Below the pieces are notes generated by a model. It made no database searches, had not been told where the DNA came from, and was given only the letters and a program-made list of their open reading frames with translations. This document shows positions 1 to 12,913 of a stretch of DNA of 64,000 bases, one piece after another. The DNA is taken from contig CAJFCJ010000012.1 of NCBI GenBank assembly GCA_904063045.1, positions 1-64,000 on the forward strand, given 5' to 3'. How positions within the stretch are numbered: position 1 is the stretch's first letter; each line of letters opens with the position of its first letter. The position numbers were made by a program, and so were the translations under genes. This stretch comes from Dimorphilus gyrociliatus. Taxonomy: Eukaryota; Animalia; Annelida.

Positions 1-21
1 TTACACACAAATTTTCCATAG

Positions 22-3000
22 CCGTAACATGTCCAGAAAATATGGAATTTAAATATGGAATTTAAATTAAATGCTCCATCGTGTGACGAAACTTGTGGAG
101 GAGAGATTTTGGCGATTGTGATGATGAACCATCTTCAAGATGCATATGTAAACCAGGTTTTGTATTACAAGGTACAACTGCGTTGAAAAAACAAACTGTG
201 GAGGATGTAAAGATGAAAATGGTATAACTAGAGACGTAAGTCGTCATAAATAAAATTAGTAGGCCAAAAATAAAAATATTCGTTTATTGTAAAAAAAAGA
301 TTGGAGAAACATGGTCCACAGCGAATTGTAAAAAGCAATGCACCTGCAAATCAAATGGTAACTCAAAATGTGCTAACCATCCTAACTGCATAGCTATGAA
401 CGCTAAGTGTATAAAAACTGATGGCGAATGGGGGTGCAATTGTGAAAGAGGATTAAGAATGAACAACAAAGGTGAATGCGACGACATCGATGAGTGTAGA
501 GAAAAGACAGATACTTGTCATTCAAAGGCAACATGCACAAACGAAATTCAGGATTCAAATGTAAATGTAAACCAGGTTTTACTGGAAATGGCTTCCAATG
601 CAAACCAGGTTTGATAACTCAAATTTAAAAGTTAATATAAAATATATTTTCTAGAGGAACAAAATCCACAAAAGCCACCTCCAGATGAAGAATTCACAGA
701 AAAAGGTAGTATAACAAAAACAAAGTTACAAAATGTACAAAAACTTCAAAACAGAGGAAACCATCAAGCAGGCTTGTGAACATCAATCTTTGAACATAAA
801 ATGTCAACCAGGGAAAGTTTTGAAAATCAAACGAGCATTTTATGGAAGAGCAAGAAAAGACATGAAACTTGCAAAAAATCATCACTAAACAAATTCATTT
901 CTACAATACAAAACAAAAAATGCCAATCACTGAATCTTTGAAAGTCATTCGCAAGGCTTGCAATTCAAACGACAATGTACCATTCTAGCTAAGAACACTT
1001 GTTTGGTGATCCATGCCCTGGAATATTTAAATACTTAAAAATAGCCTATACCTGTCAGAACGGTAAGTAAAACACAAACCTAAAAATACTTTAACATCCC
1101 AATCACAACAAAATTTAAAAAAAATACAAACACTCACATTAAACACATTCTGTCTAATATTAAACCTCAACAACAGCTCAAATCAAAATCTATAACTTCT
1201 CACATTATTTATTCAAATTAGATGCAAAAACCAAAACTGCCTGTGAACATAAAGTGCTCAAACTGGCCTGCCCAGCTGGTAGAAAGATTGCTGTGAGAAG
1301 AGCTGTTTATGGAAGAGGAAAGGGAGACATGAAAGTTTGTCCACAAAAATCATTGTCAAAATTCCAAAAAAGAATTGCTGCCAGTGTGTGTGCTTCCAAG
1401 AAATCTCTTTCACAAGTAAGGAAATTCTGTAATGGAAAGAGAAGATGTAATGTATTGGCAAAGAATAATGTGTTTGGAGATCCTTGCCCAGGAATTTTCA
1501 AATACTTGAGAGTTGCATATGTCTGTAAAAAGGTATATCTATCAAATTATTATTTGAAAAAGTTACTAAAAAATATAATGCTCAGTTTTAGCAACACCAC
1601 CAAAACCAAAACCAAAACCAAGTAAGATTAATGACTTTCTAATTATTCAAAAGTTTGGAATTTTGTTTATTTGTTTTTCTGCATTAGATGTCAAGACTGG
1701 AGTTACGTGTGAACACAAAGTTCTTAAACTGGCCTGCCCAGCTGGTAGAAAGATTGCTGTGAGAAGAGCTGTTTATGGAAGAGGAAAGGAGACATGAAAG
1801 TTTGTCCACAAAAATCATTGTCAAAATTCCAAAAAAGAATTGCTGCCAGTGTGTGCTTCCAAGAAATCTCTTTCACAAGTAAGGAAATTCTGTAATGGAA
1901 AAGAAGATGTAATGTATTGGCAAAGAATAATGTGTTTGGAGATCCTTGCCCAGGAATTTTCAAATACTTGAGAGTTGCATATGTCTGTAAAAAAGGTATA
2001 TCTATCAAATTATTATTTGAAAAAGTTACTAAAAAATATAATGCTCATTTTAGCAACACCACCAAAACCAAAACCAAAACCAAGTAAGATTAATGACTTT
2101 CTAATTATTCAAAAGTTTGGAATTTTGTTTATTTTGTTTTTCTGCATTAGATGTCAAGACTGGAGTTACGTGTGAACACAAAGTTCTTAAACTGGCCTGC
2201 CCAGCTGGTAGAAAGATTGCTGTGAGAAGAGCTGTTTATGGAAGAGGAAAGGGAGACATGAAAGTTTGTCCACAAAAATCATTGTCAAAATTCCAAAAAA
2301 GAATTGCTGCCAGTGTGTGTCTTCCAAGAAATCTCTTTCACAAGTAAGGAAATTCTGTAATGGAAAGAGAAGATGTAATGTATTGGCAAAGAATAATGTG
2401 TTTGGAGATCCTTGCCCAGGAATTTTCAAATACTTGAGAGTTGCATATGTCTGTAAAAAAGGTATATCTATCAAATTATTATTTGAAAAAGTTACTAAAA
2501 AATATAATGCTCAGTTTTAGCAACACCACCAAAACCAAAACCAAAACCAAGTAAGATTAATGACTTTCTAATTATCAAAAGTTTGGAATTTTGTTTATTT
2601 TGTTTTTCTGCATTAGATGTCAAGACTGGAGTTACGTGTGAACACAAAGTTCTTAAACTGGCCTGCCCAGCTGGTAGAAAGATTGCTGTGAGAAGAGCTG
2701 TTTATGGAAGAGGAAAGGGAGACATGAAAGTTTGTCCACAAAAATCATTGTCAAAATTCCAAAAAAGAATTGCTGCCAGTGTGTGTGCTTCCAAAAATCT
2801 CTTTCACAAGTAAGGAAATTCTGTAATGGAAAGAGAAGATGTAATGTATTGGCAAAGAATAATGTGTTTGGAGATCCTTGCCCAGGAATTTTCAAATACT
2901 TGAGAGTTGCATATGTCTGTAAAAAAGGTATATCTATCAAATATTATTTGAAAAATTACTAAAAAAATATAATGCTCAGTTTTAGCAACACCACCAAAAC

Positions 3001-6000
3001 CAAAACCAAAACCAAGTAAGATTAATGACTTTCTAATTATTCAAAAGTTTGGAATTTTGTTTATTTGTTTTTTCTGCATTAGATGTCAAGACTGGAGTTA
3101 CGTGTGAACACAAAGTTCTTAAACTGGCCTGCCCAGCTGGTAGAAAGATTGCTGTGAGAAGAGCTGTTTATGGAAGAGGAAAGGGAGACATGAAAGTTTG
3201 TCCACAAAAATCATTGTCAAAATTCCAAAAAAGAATTGCTGCCAGTGTGTGTGCTTCCAAGAAATCTCTTTCACAAGTAAGGAAATTCTGTAATGGAAAG
3301 AGAAGATGTAATGTATTGGCAAAGAATAATGTGTTTGGAGATCCTTGCCCAGGAATTTTCAAATACTTGAGAGTTGCATATGTCTGTAAAAAAGGTATAT
3401 CTATCAAATTATTATTTGAAAAAGTTACTAAAAAATATAATGCTCAGTTTTAGCAACACCACCAAAACCAAAACCAAACCAAGTAAGATTAATGACTTTC
3501 TAATTATTCAAAAGTTTGGAATTTTGTTTATTTGTTTTTCTGCATTAGATGTCAAGACTGGAGTTACGTGTGAACACAAAGTTCTTAAACTGGCCTGCCC
3601 AGCTGGTAGAAAGATTGCTGTGAGAAGAGCTGTTTATGGAAGAGGAAAGGGAGACATGAAAGTTTGTCCACAAAAATCATTGTCAAAATTCCAAAAAAGA
3701 ATTGCTGCCAGTGTGTGTGCTTCCAAGAAATCTCTTTCACAAGTAAGGAAATTCTGTAATGGAAAGAGAAGATGTAATGTATTGGCAAAGAATAATGTGT
3801 TTGGAGATCCTTGCCCAGGAATTTTCAAATACTTGAGAGTTGCATATGTCTGTAAAAAAGGTATATCTATCAAATTATTATTTGAAAAAGTTACTAAAAA
3901 ATATAATGCTCAGTTTTAGCAACACCACCAAAACCAAAACCAAAACCAAGTAAGATTAATGACTTTCTAATTATTCAAAAGTTTGGAATTTTGTTTATTT
4001 TGTTTTTCTGCATTAGATGTCAAGACTGGAGTTACGTGTGAACACAAAGTTCTTAAACTGGCCTGCCCAGCTGGTAGAAAGATTGCTGTGAGAAGAGCTG
4101 TTTATGGAAGAGAAAGGGAGACATGAAAGTTTGTCCACAAAAATCATTGTCAAAATTCCAAAAAAGAATTGCTGCCAGTGTGTGTGCTTCCAAGAAATCT
4201 CTTTCACAAGTAAGGAAATTCTGTAATGGAAAGAGAAGATGTAATGTATTGGCAAAGAATAATGTGTTTGGAGATCCTTGCCCAGGAATTTTCAAATACT
4301 TGAGAGTTGCATATGTCTGTAAAAAAGGTATATCTATCAAATTATTATTTGAAAAAGTTACTAAAAAATATAATGCTCAGTTTTAGCAACACCACCAAAA
4401 CCAAAACCAAAACCAAGTAAGATTAATGACTTTCTAATTATTCAAAAGTTTGGAATTTTGTTTATTTTGTTTTTCTGCATTAGATGTCAAGACTGGAGTT
4501 ACGTGTGAACACAAAGTTCTTAAACTGGCCTGCCCAGCTGGTAGAAAGATTGCTGTGAGAAGAGCTGTTTATGGAAGAGGAAAGGGAGACATGAAAGTTT
4601 GTCCACAAAAATCATTGTCAAAATTCCAAAAAAGAATTGCTGCCAGTGTGTGTGCTTCCAAGAAATCTCTTTCACAAGTAAGGAAATTCTGTAATGGAAA
4701 GAGAAGATGTAATGTATTGGCAAAGAATAATGTGTTTGGAGATCCTTGCCCAGGAATTTTCAAATACTTGAGAGTTGCATATGTCTGTAAAAAAGGTATA
4801 TCTATCAAATTATTATTTGAAAAAGTTACTAAAAAATATAATGCTCAGTTTTAGCAACACCACCAAAACCAAAACCAAAACCAAGTAAGATTAATGACTT
4901 TCTAATTATTCAAAAGTTTGGAATTTTGTTTATTTTGTTTTCTGCATTAGATGTCAAGACTGGAGTTACGTGTGAACACAAAGTTCTTAAACTGGCCTGC
5001 CCAGCTGGTAGAAAGATTGCTGTGAGAAGAGCTGTTTATGGAAGAGGAAAGGGAGACATGAAAGTTTGTCCACAAAAATCATTGTCAAAATTCCAAAAAA
5101 GAATTGCTACCAGTGTGTGTGCTTCCAAGAAATCTCTTTCACAAGTAAGGAAATTCTGTAATGGAAAGAGAAGATGTAATGTATTGGCAAAGAATAATGT
5201 GTTTGGAGATCCTTGCCCAGGAATTTTCAAATACTTGAGAGTTGCATATGTCTGTAAAAAAGGTATATCTATCAAATTATTATTTGAAAAAGTTACTAAA
5301 AAATATAATGCTCAGTTTTAGCAACACCACCAAAACCAAAACCAAAACCAAGTAAGATTAATGACTTTCTAATTATTCAAAAGTTTGGAATTTTGTTTAT
5401 TTTGTTTTTCTGCATTAGATGTCAAGACTGGAGTTACGTGTGAACACAAAGTTCTTAAACTGGCCTGCCCAGCTGGTAGAAAGATTGCTGTGAGAAGAGC
5501 TGTTTATGGAAGAGGAAAGGGAGACATGAAAGTTTGTCCACAAAAATCATTGTCAAAATTCCAAAAAAGAATTGCTGCCAGTGTGTGTGCTTCCAAGAAA
5601 TCTCTTTCACAAGTAAGGAAATTCTGTAATGGAAAGAGAAGATGTAATGTATTGGCAAAGAATAATGTGTTTGGAGATCCTTGCCCAGGAATTTTCAAAT
5701 ACTTGAGAGTTGCATATGTCTGTAAAAAAGGTATATCTATCAAATTATTATTTGAAAAAGTTACTAAAAAATATAATGCTCAGTTTTAGCAACACCACCA
5801 AAACCAAAACCAAAACCAAGTAAGATTAATGACTTTCTAATTATTCAAAAGTTTGGAATTTTGTTTATTTTGTTTTTCTGCATTAGATGTCAAGACTGGA
5901 GTTACGTGTGAACACAAAGTTCTTAAACTGGCCTGCCCAGCTGGTAGAAAGATTGCTGTGAGAAGAGCTGTTTATGGAAGAGGAAAGGGAGACATGAAAG

Positions 6001-9000
6001 TTTGTCCACAAAAATCATTGTCAAAATTCCAAAAAGAATTGCTGCCAGTGTGTGTGCTTCCAAGAAATCTCTTTCACAAGTAAGGAAATTCTGTAATGGA
6101 AAGAGAAGATGTAATGTATTGGCAAAGAATAATGTGTTTGGAGATCCTTGCCCAGGAATTTTCAAATACTTGAGAGTTGCATATGTCTGTAAAAAAGGTA
6201 TATCTATCAAATTATTATTTGAAAAAGTTACTAAAAAATATAATGCTCAGTTTTAGCAACACCACCAAAACCAAAACCAAAACCAAGTAAGATTAATGAC
6301 TTTCTAATTATTCAAAAGTTTGGAATTTTGTTTATTTTGTTTTTCTGCATTAGATGTCAAGACTGGAGTTACGTGTGAACACAAAGTTCTTAAACTGGCC
6401 TGCCCAGCTGGTAGAAAGATTGCTGTGAGAAGAGCTGTTTATGGAAGAGGAAAGGGAGACATGAAAGTTTGTCCACAAAAATCATTGTCAAAATTCCAAA
6501 AAAGAATTGCTGCCAGTGTGTGTGCTTCCAAGAAATCTCTTTCACAAGTAAGGAAATTCTGTAATGGAAAGAGAAGATGTAATGTATTGGCAAAGAATAA
6601 TGTGTTTGGAGATCCTTGCCCAGGAATTTTCAAATACTTGAGAGTTGCATATGTCTGTAAAAAGGTATATCTATCAAATTATTATTTGAAAAAGTTACTA
6701 AAAAATATAATGCTCAGTTTTAGCAACACCACCAAAACCAAAACCAAAACCAAGTAAGATTAATGACTTTCTAATTATTCAAAAGTTTGGAATTTTGTTT
6801 ATTTTGTTTTTCTGCATTAGATGTCAAGACTGGAGTTACGTGTGAACACAAAGTTCTTAAACTGGCCTGCCCAGCTGGTAGAAAGATTGCTGTGAGAAGA
6901 GCTGTTTATGGAAGAGGAAAGGGAGACATGAAAGTTTGTCCACAAAAATCATTGTCAAAATTCCAAAAAAGAATTGCTGCCAGTGTGTGTGCTTCCAAGA
7001 AATCTCTTTCACAAGTAAGGAAATTCTGTAATGGAAAGAGAAGATGTAATGTATTGGCAAAGAATAATGTGTTTGGAGATCCTTGCCCAGGAATTTTCAA
7101 ATACTTGAGAGTTGCATATGTCTGTAAAAAAGGTATATCTATCAAATTATTATTTGAAAAAGTTACTAAAAAATATAATGCTCAGTTTTAGCAACACCAC
7201 CAAAACCAAAACCAAAACCAAGTAAGATTAATGACTTTCTAATTATTCAAAAGTTTGGAATTTTGTTTATTTTGTTTTTCTGCATTAGATGTCAAGACTG
7301 GAGTTACGTGTGAACACAAAGTTCTTAAACTGGCCTGCCCAGCTGGTAGAAAGATTGCTGTGAGAAGAGCTGTTTATGGAAGAGGAAAGGGAGACATGAA
7401 AGTTTGTCCACAAAAATCATTGTCAAAATTCCAAAAAGAATTGCTGCCAGTGTGTGTGCTTCCAAGAAATCTCTTTCACAAGTAAGGAAATTCTGTAATG
7501 GAAAGAGAAGATGTAATGTATTGGCAAAGAATAATGTGTTTGGAGATCCTTGCCCAGGAATTTTCAAATACTTGAGAGTTGCATATGTCTGTAAAAAAGG
7601 TATATCTATCAAATTATTATTTGAAAAAGTTACTAAAAAATATAATGCTCAGTTTTAGCAACACCACCAAAACCAAAACCAAAACCAAGTAAGATTAATG
7701 ACTTTCTAATTATTCAAAAGTTTGGAATTTTGTTTATTTTGTTTTTCTGCATTAGATGTCAAGACTGGAGTTACGTGTGAACACAAAGTTCTTAAACTGG
7801 CCTGCCCAGCTGGTAGAAAGATTGCTGTGAGAAGAGCTGTTTATGGAAGAGGAAAGGGAGACATGAAAGTTTGTCCACAAAAATCATTGTCAAAATTCCA
7901 AAAAAGAATTGCTGCCAGTGTGTGTGCTTCCAAGAAATCTCTTTCACAAGTAAGGAAATTCTGTAATGGAAAGAGAAGATGTAATGTATTGGCAAAGAAT
8001 AATGTGTTTGGAGATCCTTGCCCAGGAATTTTCAAATACTTGAGAGTTGCATATGTCTGTAAAAAAGGTATATCTATCAAATTATTATTTGAAAAAGTTA
8101 CTAAAAAATATAATGCTCAGTTTTAGCAACACCACCAAAACCAAAACCAAAACCAAGTAAGATTAATGACTTTCTAATTATTCAAAAGTTTGGAATTTTG
8201 TTTATTTTGTTTTTCTGCATTAGATGTCAAGACTGGAGTTACGTGTGAACACAAAGTTCTTAAACTGGCCTGCCCAGCTGGTAGAAAGATTGCTGTGAGA
8301 AGAGCTGTTTATGGAAGAGGAAAGGGAGACATGAAAGTTTGTCCACAAAAATCATTGTCAAAATTCCAAAAAAGAATTGCTGCCAGTGTGTGTGCTTCCA
8401 AGAAATCTCTTTCACAAGTAAGGAAATTCTGTAATGGAAAGAGAAGATGTAATGTATTGGCAAAGAATAATGTGTTTGGAGATCCTTGCCCAGGAATTTT
8501 CAAATACTTGAGAGTTGCATATGTCTGTAAAAAAGGTATATCTATCAAATTATTATTTGAAAAAGTTACTAAAAAATATAATGCTCAGTTTTAGCAACAC
8601 CACCAAAACCAAAACCAAAACCAAGTAAGATTAATGACTTTCTAATTATTCAAAAGTTTGGAATTTTGTTTATTTTGTTTTTCTGCATTAGATGTCAAGA
8701 CTGGAGTTACGTGTGAACACAAAGTTCTTAAACTGGCCTGCCCAGCTGGTAGAAAGATTGCTGTGAGAAGAGCTGTTTATGGAAGAGGAAAGGGAGACAT
8801 GAAAGTTTGTCCACAAAAATCATTGTCAAAATTCCAAAAAAGAATTGCTGCCAGTGTGTGTGCTTCCAAGAAATCTCTTTCACAAGTAAGGAAATTCTGT
8901 AATGGAAAGAGAAGATGTAATGTATTGGCAAAGAATAATGTGTTTGGAGATCCTTGCCCAGGAATTTTCAAATACTTGAGAGTAGTTTATTTTTGTAGAA

Positions 9001-10418
9001 AGGGTGAATATTTTTTTCTAGTGTTTTTTTGGTGGGACTTTTTAATTTTTTTGCTTTTAGTCACAAAGGCAAAGACTACTGTGAAACCAACTAGTAAACC
9101 AGTAACTGATGGAACTGATGCAACATTACTGGCAACAGAAGCACCAAAATCCACTGAAGTATTTATAGAACCACCTAAACCAACAAACGAGCCTATAGTA
9201 ATTCCAACTGAAGAACCTGGATTGACTAAAGGATCTACTGAAGGTATTGAACCTACCGAATCTGATACTGAATCACCTGAAATAACTGAATCTCCCACTG
9301 AAGTTTTTGAGCCCACAGAAGCTTCTACTGAAGAATCTGAAGCTACAGAAGGTTCCACTGCAGTTCCTGAACCTACAGAAGCACCCAGTGAATTGCCAAC
9401 TGAAGGACCTGAACCCACTGAATTGCCATCTACGGAAACACCAACAAGTTTGTTTTTATGTTTTTTTTATTTGTTTTTTTATATTCTTTCAAATTTTCGT
9501 TGTTCAGTCGAAACTGTCCCACCGACAAATGACGGAAGTTCAGGTTTGTATTTTTTATGATATCAACACAGAAACAGTTACTTTTTTTTAGATTATGAAA
9601 AGAAGAAGACTTGTGAACATAAAACACTTGATATACTTTGTCCAAGTGGATTGGTGATTGATGTTAAGTCAGCATTGTATGGTAGGTCCCAAGGAGATAT
9701 GTCTTCTTGTAAAAAGAAGTCTCTGACTGGATATAGACAGACGATCATGAATAACAATTGTGCTTCTGAAAATTCCAATGCTATTGTGAAAAGACAGTGT
9801 AATGGAAAATCATCTTGCAGTGTTCTTGCCAAGAATAGTGTATTTGGGGATCCTTGTCCTGGAATATTTAAGTATTTGGAAGTTGAATATAAATGTAAAC
9901 CACAACGTCCATGCAAAAAGGGTCAATTTAAATTTGGAAGTAAATGCATTGAAGTTGTTCAAAACCCTCAATTCCCATCCGAAGCATTGAAATATTGTGA
10001 AGAACGAGGAGGTCAAATGGTTTCTATAAGAAACATGAGAAAGAATAGCGCTATTGCAAAGAAAATGCTAAAGAAGAGCGTTGCTAATGGCTTTATTGGT
10101 TTATCGGATAGCCTTGAAGAGGGTAATTTTTGTTTTTCTGATTTTGAAGATTTATTAGGATAATCGATATTTATAGGGAAATTTGTATGGAGTGATGGAA
10201 GAGAGCTGAAAAGAAACAGTTTCAAATTCTTCCAAAATAAAACAGGGAACACCATAGACAAGGATTGTGTATATATGGATGTAAGTATTGTTTAGGCAGA
10301 ATGTATGTTTTTATTGAATATTTCATGTGAACTCAGAGTGAAACTGGTCGTTGGCATCACGTTAGCTGTGAGCTAGCTCTTCCATTTATTTGTGAATTCC
10401 AAATAGAGAAATCAAAAA
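22..10418 (+). CDS. Mosaic secreted/extracellular lectin (5'-incomplete; 3' end uncertain): TIL + TILa-like + EGF/EGF-Ca + 18 SUEL (rhamnose/galactose-binding) domains + Glu/Thr/Pro mucin-like stalk + 1 SUEL + C-type lectin
   Basis: Manual splicing. TIL-like exon 22-~235 (CPENMEF..CDETC..CICKPGFVLQG..C); TILa-like GETWSTANCKKQCTC; EGF-Ca DIDECREKTDTCHSKATC; SUEL motifs CE....YGR....DPCPGIFKYL; mucin exon 9061-9447; SUEL exon from 9592 running into CTL (WSDG, DCVYMD, WHHVSC..LPFICEF; last exon to ~10418). Frameshifts in 22-~7500 look like consensus errors. Confidence 0.88.
1260..8983 (+). repeat. Tandem array, 468-bp consensus unit, about 16.5 periods (17 SUEL exons). Unit = 312-nt SUEL exon + ~60-nt intron + 30-nt micro-exon (ATPPKPKPKP) + ~67-nt intron
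   Basis: SUEL exon starts at 1222, 1688, 2151, 2617, 3083, 3549, 4017, 4484, 4951, 5419, 5887, 6354, 6821, 7289, 7756, 8224, 8692 (spacing 463-468). First micro-exon 1592-1621, flanked by ttttag and gtaaga. Confidence 0.97.
9061..9447 (+). other. Acidic Thr/Glu/Pro-rich mucin-like exon of the mosaic lectin gene
   Basis: Repeated TE(A/S/G)P(T/E)E motifs (PEITESPTEVFEPTEASTEESEATEGSTAVPEPTEAP); acceptor ag at 9059-9060, donor gt at 9448. Confidence 0.85.
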
Positions 10419-12913
10419 GTGAGTATTTATTTAAATTTTACTGGTACTTAGTTTCCTTTTCCCTGGAAATCAATCATATCAAGTTCATTATATCCTTAAA
10501 ATTCGCGTCATTAACACTGAAATAATAACGTTTTTTCAACAATTTTATTTTTACAATTCAATTATAAATAAAGAAAACTTCTTTCAGCTTTAATCAAAAT
10601 TTACATCTCTTTTCTTTACAGCCTTATTGTTTAATACATTTCTTATTAAAAGTTTACAAGATTTAGTTTTTGCTTGTATTACGGGATTGCGGACAATTCC
10701 GTCTAAAATTATGTTTTAATTACTCTTAGCTTTCTCATCCCGTTCTGATACATTCACTCTCTTTTATACCTTGCTAGCGTCACTTAACTGGGTGCTTGAC
10801 TGTGCTAATTCTTGGTGCCACGTTCGCGCCATGTCGTTCTCTATCCCGGTTATGTGACATTAAGTCAATTGGACTGTCCCAACTTTGGCTAAGTCAAGCT
10901 CCCCCTTTAAGTGACGCCAACGTACTGACATACATTCACTGACTCATACTAACACATAATGTATAACGTTCTGTTCAAAAAGTATTATTTTCGTTTTTTT
11001 TATGTATATAAAAGTTATGATCGCCATCTATCGAATATCATCCTTACTTCTACTGCATGTTTTCTTTTTCTTTTTTGATAGGATTTTACTATATTTCCTT
11101 GTAATCTTTAAATCCTACTGCTTTCCTAAAGCTAAAGTATAGGCTACAAATTTTATACACGATAATATGTTTATATTATGTAATTAATTTCGCACTAGTA
11201 ACAGTAGGTATAAGTTTCTTACGAACCTATTTCACGGACAAAGATACTTTCTACTTATTCTCAATAAATGAAAAAAGAGTTTCTAATTTCAGATAGTGCT
11301 AATTGCTAAATATCATAGTTTTTTGCTGGTTTCCTACAATTGGGTTATTATTTATTAAAAAGCGCCTGTTAGGAAATAATTCAAAGGAATTGTTTGAGGT
11401 AGATGTTTCCTGTATAGACTTTCTTCAAAAAATCAAAAACTACAAGAGCTAAGGTCGTTAACACATGTTACTAACTCTCTTATACTCAAATGTATTGCAT
11501 ATTAAACATAAGGCTACAAATCAAAGGTTGATTCAAACAGCCCTTTTCGAAAATAAACTGAAGCAGAGGGAAATGAAGATAGTCATGAAATAAGGACATT
11601 TTAGTAAAAGAAGGTAGAGTCCAAATTTTGGGTCAAAACAAATATTTAGACATATACACTAATAAATATATTTTTTTTAAAGAGATGAGATATTGATGTA
11701 TCTTATCTCATCAGCGAATTATTATTTTATGGTCGTTGGAATTTCTTAAATTAAAAACGTATTGGATTTTCCTGAGAGAGAGAATTGGCGAGAATAATTG
11801 CTCTGTACTAAAATCTCTCTAACTCTATTAAAATCGATAGTTAAAACATATCTGTTTTGCTTTAAAATGACTATAACTTTTTTTTAATCTCTGAATAATT
11901 TTAATACAAGAAATAAATTGATTTTAAAAAATTGTTATTATTTCTGTTAATATAAAATATTATTTTTTAATATATCTCTATCAATATTCACATGATAGTC
12001 AAATGAATTAGTTGTTCTTCTCAGATCTTTTTCGACAGTTTTTACCGAGTTTCAATTGAAAAATAATTATAAATACTACAAATTGTCAGGCATTTTTCTA
12101 AAAATAGAAATGCATAAGATTCAAAAGATAAAACCAATTATCAATAAATCACTAAAATAATAAAATAGCATTCTATAAACTATTGTTTTGAACACAAAAG
12201 AATGTTGAAATACGTTGCAAAATATAATTAAAACATGAAAAGTACAATCAGATTAAATACATTAGTTTTAAAATCAAATTTGGAAAACATTTTATTCCAG
12301 AAATAGATTATATTATCTATTATTAAATACTTAATTATATGGACATAGTGAACCATCAACGCTAAGTAAAATATTAATCTTTAATAGTAAATAGAGTGAA
12401 CTGATGGTTTACTATTAAATTAAAATGAGGAAAAAAATCTATTTATAGAATTATTTGATTATCTAATTTGACAGAAAAGCACAAGGTAACATAGTTTTTG
12501 GACGTTGAAATAGATTGCATCAGCTTTTAAATGCGAGAGTGATAAATTATCTTCGTTAACAGTGGTTGTTTTTAAATAATGGAACAAGGTTGAAAGGTCA
12601 TACATAATGTATATGTCATAGTTAATTGTCCATCATAAAACTACCTTTTTCTTTCGCCCTCCTTTTTGTACAGATCGCACACCTCTATTATTAAATAAGT
12701 ATATCCATCAAATAAATATCAATGTGAATACAATTTGAAAAATTATAGAAACAAGTGTTAAAGGAAGAAATAAAACTTTCCAATACTCTAATTAATTGAC
12801 AGTTTAGAGTTCACTCTCCTTGCTATAATTGTAAATATATTTATTGGTATGGTTCATATCATCATATCAAAATTTTCATTAATGCATTTAATATAGCTGT
12901 TTATTTAATTGTT

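Noticed and set aside
1258-8971. Recurrent minus-strand ORFs (MPIHYIFSF.., MIDIPFLQT..) and TTG-started MEFCLFCFS ORFs
   Set aside because: These are antisense shadows and intron read-through of the repeated exon; they recur only because the DNA repeats.
1260-8983. Array as a CRISPR locus or non-coding satellite
   Set aside because: There are no unique spacers; units encode spliceable SUEL exons with GT-AG introns in a eukaryotic gene.
10640-10940. GC-richer patch downstream of the lectin gene as a small gene or RNA
   Set aside because: Frames I tried on both strands close quickly, and I recognised no RNA family motif.
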